From an uncultured Planctomycetota bacterium (GTDB lineage Bacteria; Planctomycetota; Planctomycetia; Gemmatales; Gemmataceae): a stretch of DNA of 64,000 bases. The translations under genes and the position numbers were made by a program. The DNA lies in assembly GCA_963849325.1 (NCBI GenBank), contig CAWKHF010000006.1:448001-512000 (forward strand). Direction: 5' to 3'. The notes under the pieces are model-generated. The model was not told the DNA's origin, did not search any database, and worked only from the letters and a program-made list of their open reading frames with translations. The stretch's first letter is position 1, and the number at the start of each line of letters is the position of its first letter. Shown here piece after piece: positions 12,241 through 21,458 of this stretch.

Positions 12241-13722
12241 GTGGACGTGAGGTTTGAGACGAAACATCCGGGAGTGCATGTTGTGGGCGATGGCGACGGC
12301 GGCTTGCAGCGGCAGTTCGGCCTGTTGCAGGCGACGGCCCTGAACATGACCACGATCGTCGGCGCGGGCGTGTTCATCACCATCCCGCTGATGCTCGACA
12401 AAATGGCGGGACCATACGCTCTGCTCGGCTGGCTGGCCGCCGGCGTGCTGGTCCTCGTGGACAGCCTGGTCTGGAGCGAGTTGGGCGCGGCCCTGCCCGG
12501 CTCGGGCGGTTCGTACCTGTATCTGCTGGAGTGCTTCGGCCGTCCGCGTTGGGGCCGGCTGATGGCCTTCCTGTTCATCTGGCAATTCCTTCTCAGTGGG
12601 CCGCTCGAGTTGGCGTCCGGCCTCATCGCCATGGACTCGTTCTCGCAATCGCTCAGTCCGGCCTTCCAGGCGTACAACCGCGCTCACACTTTCCAATTCA
12701 TCCTCTCGGCGCGACAGGAGCTGGACCTGACCGTTAGCCCGGCTCGGCTGGGCTGCGTGGCCGTCGGCTTGCTCCTCATCGTCTTGCTGTATCGCCGCGT
12801 CGCCGTCCTTGGTCGCTTGACGGTGCTGCTCTGGCTCGGCGTCCTGGCCGTCATCGCCTGGATCGGTGTCGAGGGCATCCTGCACTTTGACGCGGCACGG
12901 GCGTTCGATTTCAGCCAGCCCGGGCCGGCGAACCCGGGGACCGCGCTGGGCGCGGTGATGATCCTGGCGCTGTACTCGTACCTGGGTTATTACAACATCT
13001 GCTATGTCGGCGAGGAGGTCCGCGATCCGGGACGGACGATCCCGCGCGCCATCCTGCTCAGCGCCGTCCTGGTGTGCGTGCTGTTCGCCGGTCTGCACCT
13101 GGCCATGCTGGGAACGGTGCCGTGGACCGAGGCGCTGGCCGGGCGCCAGACGTGGAAGGATGAGTACAGTCTGCCGGCGGACTTCATGGGACGCATTCAT
13201 GGGCCGTGGGCGGTGCGGCTGGTCACGGTGCTGCTGATGGGCAGTTGCTTCGGTTCCGCCTTCGCCGGACTGCTGGGCTATTCGCGCATCCCCTACGGGG
13301 CGGCGCGGGCCGGACATTTCTTCGAGGCGGTCGGGCGCGTCCATCCTCGGCATCGCATCCCGCACGTGTCGCTGCTGCTGGTCGGCGCACTGACGCTGTT
13401 CTGGAGTTTCTTCGATCTGCAAAACGTCATCAACGCCCTCATCACCACCCGCATCCTCGTGCAATTCCTGGGGCAGATCGTCGGCGTCTTTCTGCTGCGG
13501 CGATCGCAACCGAATCGGCCGCGACCGTTCCGCATCTGGTTCGCCCCGTTGCCGTGCGGCCTGGCGCTGGCCGGCTGGCTGTACGTCTTCGCGGCGTCGG
13601 GAACCTTGTATGTCGTGTTGAGTGTGCTGGTGCTGCTGGCCGGGACGGCCGCCTTCCTGTTCTGGTCGGGGCGCACCGGAGGCTGGCCGTTCGCCGACAG
13701 AGGGCCGAAGGTGGTACAATAG
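12241..13722 (+). CDS. APC family amino acid permease
   Basis: IVGAGVF, GGSYLYL, GEEVRDPGRTIPRAI, ~12 hydrophobic segments. Confidence 0.9.
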   Translation: MDVRFETKHPGVHVVGDGDGGLQRQFGLLQATALNMTTIVGAGVFITIPLMLDKMAGPYALLGWLAAGVLVLVDSLVWSELGAALPGSGGSYLYLLECFGRPRWGRLMAFLFIWQFLLSGPLELASGLIAMDSFSQSLSPAFQAYNRAHTFQFILSARQELDLTVSPARLGCVAVGLLLIVLLYRRVAVLGRLTVLLWLGVLAVIAWIGVEGILHFDAARAFDFSQPGPANPGTALGAVMILALYSYLGYYNICYVGEEVRDPGRTIPRAILLSAVLVCVLFAGLHLAMLGTVPWTEALAGRQTWKDEYSLPADFMGRIHGPWAVRLVTVLLMGSCFGSAFAGLLGYSRIPYGAARAGHFFEAVGRVHPRHRIPHVSLLLVGALTLFWSFFDLQNVINALITTRILVQFLGQIVGVFLLRRSQPNRPRPFRIWFAPLPCGLALAGWLYVFAASGTLYVVLSVLVLLAGTAAFLFWSGRTGGWPFADRGPKVVQ

Positions 13723-13765
13723 ACGATGATCCGGCGTCCAGAAGGATCGACGCGGAGGAGGACGC

Positions 13766-14818
13766 TTGACTGCCAGGCTAAACGTGGTGACGGGAGCGAC
13801 GGGCTTGCTCGGCAGCCACATCGTCGAGCACCTGCGGAGACGCGGCGAACGGGTCCGCGCTCTGGTGCGTCCGGCCAGCGACACGAGCTTCCTGCGTTCC
13901 CTCGGCGTCGAGCTGGCCGTTGGCGACCTGACCAGGCCGAACAGCCTTCGCCGCGCCGTCGAGGGCGCCGATGTCGTTTATCACTGCGCCGCCCGCGTCG
14001 GCGATTGGGGTCCGTGGCGCGTCTTCCAACGCGAGGTCATCGACGCCACCGCCAACCTGCTCGATGCTTGCCGCGCCGCCGGCGTCGGCCGAGTGCTGCA
14101 CGTCAGCTCGATCATCGTCTATGGCCATCCCCACATCCGGCAGGAGCTGTTCACCGAGGACGAACCGCTCGGTCAGGATCTGTGGGTATGGGACCACTAC
14201 TGCCGGGCCAAGGTGCGGGCCGAGGAATTGTGTCGTCAGTATCCCGGCGAGTTGACCATCGTCCGCCCCAGCTGGATTTACGGCCCGCGCGACCGCACGA
14301 CGCTGCCGCGCATCCTCAAGGCGCTGGACGCCGGCCGAATGGGGATCATCGGCCCGGGCGACAATCTGCTGAACATCGTGTACGCTGGCGACGTGGCCGA
14401 AGGCGCTATCCGGGCGGCCAACCATCCGCGGGCCGCCGGCCAGGCATACAACCTCAGCAGCGAGGGCGAGATCACGCAACGCGACTTCCTCAATTTGCTC
14501 GCCGACGTGCTGGGCCGGCCGCGCATTCGCCGCCATGTCTCCTACCGGCTGGCCTTCTGGGCCGGGCTTCTGTCGGAGGTGATCGGTCGAATCATTCGCA
14601 TCCGCCGGCCGCCGCACCTGACGCGCTACGCCGTGGCCCTAATCGGCCGTTCGACGCGCTTCAGCATCGCCAAGGCCCGCGAGCAGCTCGGCTGGCAGCC
14701 GCGGATCGACGTCCGCGAAGGCGTGCGCCGCACCATCGACTGGTACAAAAAACAAGGTTTCGAGCCAGCGGACCACCGAGCCGCGACCGTTAGAGAGCGG
14801 GGTTTCTCCACTTCCTGA
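13766..14818 (+). CDS. NAD-dependent epimerase/dehydratase (extended SDR)
   Basis: VTGATGLLGS, YCRAK (YxxxK), RPSWIYGPRD. Confidence 0.9.
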   Translation: MTARLNVVTGATGLLGSHIVEHLRRRGERVRALVRPASDTSFLRSLGVELAVGDLTRPNSLRRAVEGADVVYHCAARVGDWGPWRVFQREVIDATANLLDACRAAGVGRVLHVSSIIVYGHPHIRQELFTEDEPLGQDLWVWDHYCRAKVRAEELCRQYPGELTIVRPSWIYGPRDRTTLPRILKALDAGRMGIIGPGDNLLNIVYAGDVAEGAIRAANHPRAAGQAYNLSSEGEITQRDFLNLLADVLGRPRIRRHVSYRLAFWAGLLSEVIGRIIRIRRPPHLTRYAVALIGRSTRFSIAKAREQLGWQPRIDVREGVRRTIDWYKKQGFEPADHRAATVRERGFSTS

Positions 14819-14840
14819 CGGTCGCGGCCCCGACCGAGTC

Positions 14841-15799
14841 ATGAGCATGAGCCACTTCGCCGACCGTCTGGCCGCCGCCGTGCGGGCCAAGGGCAACGCC
14901 GTGTGCGTCGGCCTCGATCCGCGCTGGGAATCGCTGCCGGCGAGCCTGCGCGATCGCCACGGCGGTGCGACGCTGGCCACGGTGGCCGCCGCCTTCGAGG
15001 AGTTTTGCGGCCGGGTGCTCGACATCGTGGCTCCGCTGGTGCCGGTGGTCAAGCCGCAGAGCGCCTTCTTCGAGGCGTGCGGCCCGGAGGGCATGGCCGT
15101 GCTGCAACGTCTGTTGCGCAAGGCCCGCGACCTCGGTCTGCTGACCATCCTCGACGGCAAGCGCAACGACATCGCCTCGACGGCGGCCGCCTACGCCGAC
15201 GCCGCCTTCGCCGGCACGCGCCTGGCCGGCCGTACCTATCCCGTCTGGGAGGCCGACGCGCTGACGATCAACCCCTATCTCGGCCGCGATGCCGTCGAGC
15301 CGTTCCTGGAGAGCGCCCGCCGCGCCTCGCGCCGGGCGTGTTCGTGCTGGTGCGGACCAGCAATCCAGGCGCCGGGCAGTTCCAGGATCTGCTCGTTTCC
15401 AGCGGTACGGAGCCGGCCCGACCGTTGTATCAGCACGTCGGCGCCGCCGTGTCGGCCTGGGCGCGGGAGAACCTCGGCGCCTGTGGCCTGGGCGACGTCG
15501 GCGCCGTGGTCGGTGCGACGTACCCGGCCGAACTGGCGATGCTGCGGGCGATTTTGCCGGAGGTGATCTTCCTGGTGCCCGGCTTCGGCGCTCAGGGGGG
15601 CACGGCCGCCGGCGTCGCCACCGCCTTCCGCTCCGACGGACTGGGCGCCGTCGTCAACAGCTCGCGCGGCATCCTCTTTCCCTTCTCGCCCACCGAGCCG
15701 AACTGGGAGGTGCGTATCGACGAAGCGGCTCGCGCCGCTGTCGCCGCCCTGGCGTCAATTGGCAAAGATGTCGGTGGCGGCGGCGCGCGGCGCTCGTAA
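14841..15799 (+). CDS. pyrF: Orotidine-5'-phosphate decarboxylase (one frameshift near 15330)
   Basis: CVGLDP, KPQSAFFE, DGKRNDIAST, LVRTSNPGA, VVGAT, LVPGFGAQGG, VNSSRGI. Confidence 0.93.
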
Positions 15800-15870
15800 C
15801 ATGAGAGGAATACGGATTCATCCCCCAAGCCGCCGGCGTCGGCGGTGCCATCACCCCAACGAGAGTTGCC

Positions 15871-17139
15871 GTGGTCTATCCCAAAATCGTTCGCATTCGT
15901 CAGAACTTCGAGCGGCCTCGGGTGGCCGACATCCCCGCGGCCGTCGCTTCGACCCTGGAGAAACTGGACCTGGGCCAACGCATCCGGCCCGGCCAGACCG
16001 TCGCGCTGACGGCCGGCAGCCGCGGCATCGCCAACATCCCGCTCATCCTGCGCAGCACGGCCGCCTTCCTCAAGAAACTCGGCGCCAAACCGTTCCTCGT
16101 CCCGGCGATGGGCAGCCACGGCGGCGGCACCGCCGAGGGACAGCGGCAGCATCCTCGAAAGCTACGGCATCACCGAGGAGTTCGTCGGCGTGCCGCATCC
16201 GCGCCTCGATGGACATCGTCGCAGGTCGGCGTCACGCCCGAGGGCTTTCCCGTCTTGCTCGACCGCATCGCCTCCGAGGCCGACCACATCGGCGTCGTCG
16301 GCCGCGTCAAGCCGCACACCGGCTACCACGGCCCCATCGAGAGCGGCCTGATGAAGATGATGATGATCGGCCTGGGCAAGCACGCCGGCGCCCTCGCCTA
16401 CCACCGCATCCTCCTCGAACACCCTTACGACCAGGTCGTCCGCTCGGTCGGCCGGACGCTGCTGGCCGCCGCCCCCATCGCCTTCGGCCTGGCCCTGGTC
16501 GAGAACGCCTACGACGAGACGGCCTCGATCGAAGCGGTCGCGCCCGGAGACGTTCGAGGCGCGCGAGGAGCAGCTGCTGGCCGAGGCGCGACGTCTGCTG
16601 GCCCGGCTGCCGTTGCGCGAGGCCGACCTGCTCATCGTGGACGAGATCGGCAAGAACATCAGCGGCTCGGGCATGGACACCAACGTCGTCGGCCGCAAAC
16701 GCGCCTTCCGCGCGCCAGCCGCCGCCCGGACGGACTCGCCGATCCTGCGACTGATCTTCGTCCGCGGCCTGACGCGCGAAGACGCACGGCAACGCCACCG
16801 GCATCGGCCTGGCCGACTTCACCACGACGCGCCTCGTCCGGCAAATGAACTACCGGGCCACCGTCATCAACTGCCTGACGGCCGGCTATCCCGATGGGGC
16901 GTTCCTGCCGGTCCATTTCGAGACCGACCGCGAAGTGCTCGACGCCGCCCTGGCGATCATCGGCACGCGGCACGCCGGAACAGGCGCGGCTCATGCGCAT
17001 CCGCAACACGCTGCACCTGGACGAAGTGGAGGTCTCCGAGGCGTGTCTGACCGAGCCGGATCGGCAAACCGATTTCACGCCGATCGGCCGGCCTCGAACG
17101 CTGGAGTTCGACGCGGCCGGCAATCTGCCACCCTTGTGA
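15871..17139 (+). CDS. LarA-like lactate racemase-domain / DUF362-type protein (frameshifted)
   Basis: TAGSRGIANI, PAMGSHGGGTAEGQ, RVKPHT, ESGLMKM, GKNISGSGMDTNVVGR. Confidence 0.75.
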
Positions 17140-17146
17140 CCATCCT

Positions 17147-17205
17147 GTTTAGCCGCGACGCGCAGCGGAGCGCGGCATGCGCTCTGCTGCGCGTCGCGGC
17201 TAAAC
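17147..17205. repeat. REP-like palindrome family B, copy 1
   Basis: GTTTAGCCGCGACGCGCAGCGGAGC...GCTCTGCTGCGCGTCGCGGCTAAAC. Confidence 0.85.
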
Positions 17206-17229
17206 AGAGAGAGGTTCTCGGACGAAATC

Positions 17230-17532
17230 TCATCGTCGGGACAGCTGCTCGCGGCGGGCGTGTTCGAGGATCTCGCTCAGTTCCTGGCCGAGATAGGCGA
17301 TCAGGTGCCGCGTTTCCTCGTTGGTCTGAATGGTCTTCTGCACGGCATTCTGCAAGGCGAGCAGCGTCGGATAATGGCTGCGCTTGCGGATGGGCCGGCT
17401 GAGATCGCGCAGGTCGGCGGTGCGGGCCAGCCAGGTGACGGTGAAGTGCTCGATCAGATCGCGCACCCGTTTCTCGGCATCCGTCATCAGATCGCGCAGG
17501 GGCAGACGGCGAAAGGATCGATCGGAGATCAT
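17230..17532 (-). CDS. Small hypothetical protein
   Basis: 100-aa ORF with GGAGGAG RBS. Confidence 0.55.
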   Translation of the reverse strand: MISDRSFRRLPLRDLMTDAEKRVRDLIEHFTVTWLARTADLRDLSRPIRKRSHYPTLLALQNAVQKTIQTNEETRHLIAYLGQELSEILEHARREQLSRR

Positions 17533-17819
17533 GGCTCACTCCTCCCGCGTCGGCGGGGGAACAGCGAGGTACAGAGACGGCGCTCTCCTCCCGGAGACGC
17601 GCCTCGGCGTCCGGAGGTTCCGTGACGACCCACCGTCTCGCTTCCTCCGCGCGAGTCAACGGGAATAGCGTGGGGAGACGGCGAGCAATTTCGCAATGGT
17701 CCCGTCGAGGGTTGGGAAAATGGCAGCGGTTGTTCCCCTCAACGGATCTCTTTGTGTATACTCCATGAAGAGCCTCGGCGTCAAGCACGGCCTTCCCTTT
17801 TATCTCATAATTGTCCTCC

Positions 17820-18536
17820 ATGCGCATCCTGGTCATCGCGGACATTCACGGCAATTGGCCGGCCCTGCAAGCGGTGGCGGCCGAGCCGCACGACGTTTGC
17901 CTGTGCCTGGGCGACCTGGTCGATTACGGTCTGGAGCCAGCCCCGTGCATCGGCTGGGTGCGCGACAGGGTCCAGTACGCGGTGCGCGGCAACCACGACC
18001 ACGGCGTCGCCCAGAACGTCATCGTCCAGGGCCGCGCCGGCTTCAAGTACCTGACCGGCGTCACGCGGCCGCTGACACGCGAACGTCTGGGCGAGGGCGA
18101 CTTGCGCTTCCTGTCCCGTCTGCCGGTGACGCGCCTGGTGACCCTGGACAATACGCGCTTTTTGCTGGTCCATGCCACGCCGCGCGATCCGCTCGACGAG
18201 TACGCGCCGCCCGACGTCGAGTTCTGGACGCGGCGGCTGCAAAACGTCGAGGCCGACGTCGTCTGCGTCGGCCATACCCATCAGCCCTACGTGCTGGAAC
18301 TGGGCGACAAGCTGGTCATCAACCCCGGCAGCGTCGGCCAACCGCGCGACGGCGACCCGCGCGCCTCCTGCGCCATCATCGAAGATTATAAAGTCGATCT
18401 CAAAAGGATCGATTATCCTATCGAGGACACCGTCGCCGCCATCCAGGGCAGTTCGCTGCCGGAAAACGCCAAGGACATGCTGATCGACGTTTTCCGCACC
18501 GGCGCGCCGATGCCGAATGGACAAAAGAGTTCGTAG
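17820..18536 (+). CDS. Calcineurin-like metallophosphoesterase (YfcE-like)
   Basis: ADIHGN, GDLVDYG, GNHD, VHA, GHTH, NPGSVGQPRDGD. Confidence 0.92.
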   Translation: MRILVIADIHGNWPALQAVAAEPHDVCLCLGDLVDYGLEPAPCIGWVRDRVQYAVRGNHDHGVAQNVIVQGRAGFKYLTGVTRPLTRERLGEGDLRFLSRLPVTRLVTLDNTRFLLVHATPRDPLDEYAPPDVEFWTRRLQNVEADVVCVGHTHQPYVLELGDKLVINPGSVGQPRDGDPRASCAIIEDYKVDLKRIDYPIEDTVAAIQGSSLPENAKDMLIDVFRTGAPMPNGQKSS

Positions 18537-18550
18537 ACAAAACTTCTCGG

Positions 18551-18600
18551 AGCCCGCAGCGTCAGTGAGGGAACGTACACCCTTGCTCCCGCTGCGGCCC
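18551..18600. repeat. Degenerate REP-like palindrome upstream of the RNAP-like operon
   Basis: AGCCCGCAGCGTCAGTGAGGG...CCCTTGCTCCCGCTGCGGCCC imperfect inverted repeat. Confidence 0.45.
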
Positions 18601-18640
18601 CTGTCCAAAATGCGCCTACCTGGCTTGGAGCGACGATCGC

Positions 18641-20391
18641 ATGGCTGGCCGATGCTTTTACGTCTCGTGGGTGGACCTTCGCACCGATCCGTGGCCGCAG
18701 TGGGAGAAGGTCCGACCCGGCACCGGGGAGATGATGCTGGAAGGGCAACGCATCCGCTGCCTGCCGGTCGACCATCCCCACTGGCCGGCCGTCCCGCTGC
18801 TGGAGCAGGCGGGGCCGCCGATGGTGGCCGACCCGCGCCTCGGCCGCTACGTCTGGCCGGGCATCCCGCTTGTGCTCGACGGCCGACCATGCCGCCTCTA
18901 CACCGGCCCGACGCTCAGCGCCCTGTTCCATCCGGGCAGTCGATTCTGCAATCTCGAAGGACTCGATGTCGTCTACCTCTTGTATCAGCCCGAACGCGCG
19001 GACGGATCGCACGAGCTGTTGCGCAACGTCCTCGCCCGACTCTGCCAGGCCCGCGACATCCAGAACGCGGACAAGCGAATCCAGTTCGTGGACGTCAAGG
19101 GCATCGCCGACCCAACCGACCACGCCGCCATCATTCGAGCGATCGAACAATGGCTGGGGCGGGACGACCCGTTCGATCTCGGCCGCCGCGGCTCGGCGAA
19201 AAACCCGCCGCGCATCGTCATCAACCTGAGTCCGGGCACGCCGTCCATGCACGCCGCCTGGCTGATGCTGCGCTGGAATGGAGCGCTGGGCGGGCGGAGA
19301 GTATCGTCGAATTCGTCCAGGGCGACGGCGGACTGGTCGAGCGCTGCCGTCGAGGGACCGCCGCCCAACCCGCTGCGCATCGTGCCGATCGACGTGCTGG
19401 CTCAGTGGTCGGCCGCAACGGGGGCTGGCGCCGCAGCCGGCCCTCGGCCCGGAAGAACCGAGCGTGCCGCTGGAAGAGCTGAACGGCCCGCCCTTCGACG
19501 ACCTGCGCCAGAAGATCGACCACGCCGCCATGCTCGGCCTGCCGATCCTCTTGCAGGGCGAGCGCGGCACCGGCAAGACGTTCCTGGCCCACTACTACCA
19601 TCAGCGCCGACAATTCTACGCGCCTTCCAGGCGGAGCGAGGCCGCGCCGGCCAAGACCGGCGGCGCAAGGCGACGGCAAGGAGGCGATGCGAAAGGCCGC
19701 CGAACGCTTCCCGGAGAAGACCGGGCCGAGCAGCTTCGTCGGCGTCACGCTGTCGGAGTTCGCCGACCTCGATACGCTGCGCGACACGCTGTTCGGCTGG
19801 GCCAAGGGAACGCCTGGACCGGCGCCTACAAGGCGTACGACGGCCTGCTCGGCGAGGCGCACGGCGGCACGCTGTTCCTCGACGAGATCCACCACCTGAC
19901 CCGGCCGTTGCAGGCGGCGCTGCTCGGCCCGCTCAACGCCGCCGCTATCGCCCCAAGATGGCCGACCTACGAGGTCATCAGCCACTTCGACCTGGTCGTC
20001 GCCACCAACGATCCGCAAGTGGCGCGACAAGATGGCCGACGACTTCCGCGACCGCATCGAGCGGATCGTCCTGGAGGTGCCGTCGTTCCGCTCCTTTCAG
20101 CGACACGGGGCGGACATCATCTGGCGGTTCTGGGAGTTCACGCTCCGCCGCCGCTGCCGCGAGTGCGGCATCGAGTACAGCGGCGAGGGACGGGCTTGGC
20201 CGGAGTGCTGCGAGCAGCTGAAGGGCTGTTCCGACGTCACCCGCTGGCGCGGCAACTGGCGCGATCTGCAACGCCTGGCCGACAACTTGCTGCTGCATCT
20301 GACCTCGTCCCGCGACGGCCGGCCGTCGCCGATCCGCTGGGACCGCGACAAGCTGGAGCACGCCATCGCCGAGACGTTCGCGGAGACGTGA
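18641..20391 (+). CDS. Sigma54-interacting AAA+ activator (bEBP) with N-terminal CARF/RtcR-like domain and no evident C-terminal HTH (frameshifted)
   Basis: N-term VSWVDLRTDP...GPTLSAL...IADPTDHAAI...INLSPGTPSMHAAWLML (RtcR-type CARF-like). Walker A QGERGTGKT, TLFGWAKG/AWTGA (GAFTGA loop), Walker B TLFLDEI, LQAALL, VVATND, WRGNWRDL (sensor II). Confidence 0.85.
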
Positions 20392-20438
20392 GGGGGGAGC
20401 GACCGCCTCGGGAGGATATGCCGTTCGGAGGAATTGTC

Positions 20439-21458
20439 ATGGCCAGACGTGCCGGTGTGCGCAAGGGCATTCAGAAACAGGGACAGACGCAGGTGCAAAT
20501 TCAGACCACCATGCGGCGCCGGGCCGGCGTGGAGGAACTGAGTACCTGGCAGGAGACGGCAGTTCGCCCCGGCGTTTCCCCGCGCGGCGGCGACCTGGGT
20601 TACGATGAGGAGGCGGACGGCGATCAGCTGCTCGACGACGGCGAGGAATCCGGGTCCAGCGAACCGACGGGCGATGATTGCTTCCAACCCGAGGAGTCGG
20701 ACGATGAGCCGCAAATCCGTCATCGGCTGACAGTGGCCGATCTTCTCGGTTCACGACCTCCGGTAGTGCTTCTCCGTCTGAGCCTGGAAAACGGTGCGGT
20801 CGCCGTTCGGACCTGTGCGCGACCGGCTTCGCGCGATGCCGGCCAGGCTCTGGAGCTGCTGCGTGACTTCGTGACTCGATGCTTCCAGGATGGCCGCGCT
20901 CACTTCACGGACGCCGAGTGGGACCAGCTGCTCGGCAATGCGCGTCGCCGTTGGTCCGCCGTTTAACGCTGTTGCTACGACTGGCGGTCAAGGGCCGAGA
21001 GAAGGTCCGTCTCGACGAGGAGAGCGAGGCGGCATTCACGCCGCACGACATCGGCCTGGAGCGCTTCGCCAACAAGTTCGCCGCCCTGCCGGACGGCACG
21101 CCGTTCAGCATTCGTCTGCTCTTGTTGGACCAGCGCGGCCGCGAGCGCGGCGAGCACTTCTTCGATCAACTGCCCGAACGCCGTCAAGCTCCTGGCTCTG
21201 CGGCGGGCCTTGCAGCGCGAGCGGCAAAAGGGCGTGGCGGTCAGCGACCACGAATTCCGCGACGAGATCCAGCACGCCCTCGAAGAACTGCTCGGCATGG
21301 AAGTGCCCAAGCCCACCGAAGACCAGGTGCGGCGACGCCTGCGCGACAACTTCAAGCGCAAAGGTCTGGGCGACCTCTTCCCCAACCAGGCCGCCCGCCA
21401 GCGCGAGCACGACCGGATGGCGGCGACTGCCCCCGTCCGTACCGAGGAATCCGCATGA
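20439..21458 (+). CDS. Divergent sigma54 (RpoN)-like factor, ~339 aa (two compensating frameshifts near 20940 and 21180)
   Basis: Gln-rich N-terminus (QKQGQTQVQIQTT) and acidic linker. HDIGLERFANKFAALPDGTPFSIRLLL resembles HESTISR..KY..P.G.F.LK.FF. RERQKGVAVSDHEF resembles E...PLSD..L, and FPNQAARQR resembles IP.S..R. GGAGG RBS; ATGA overlap with the next gene. Confidence 0.6.

Noticed and set aside
11710-13884. 724-aa minus-strand ORF
   Set aside because: Mostly an antisense shadow of the APC permease; only the last ~125 codons (HicB-like) look real.
18540-18640. Canonical sigma54 -24/-12 promoter upstream of the RNAP-like operon
   Set aside because: No GG-N10-GC with TGGCAC/TTGC consensus found by eye.
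19278-20966. Single 562-aa bEBP-sigma fusion ORF as listed in the track
   Set aside because: Artefact of frameshifts: the bEBP ends at TGA 20391 in another frame and the sigma-like gene has its own GGAGG RBS and ATG.
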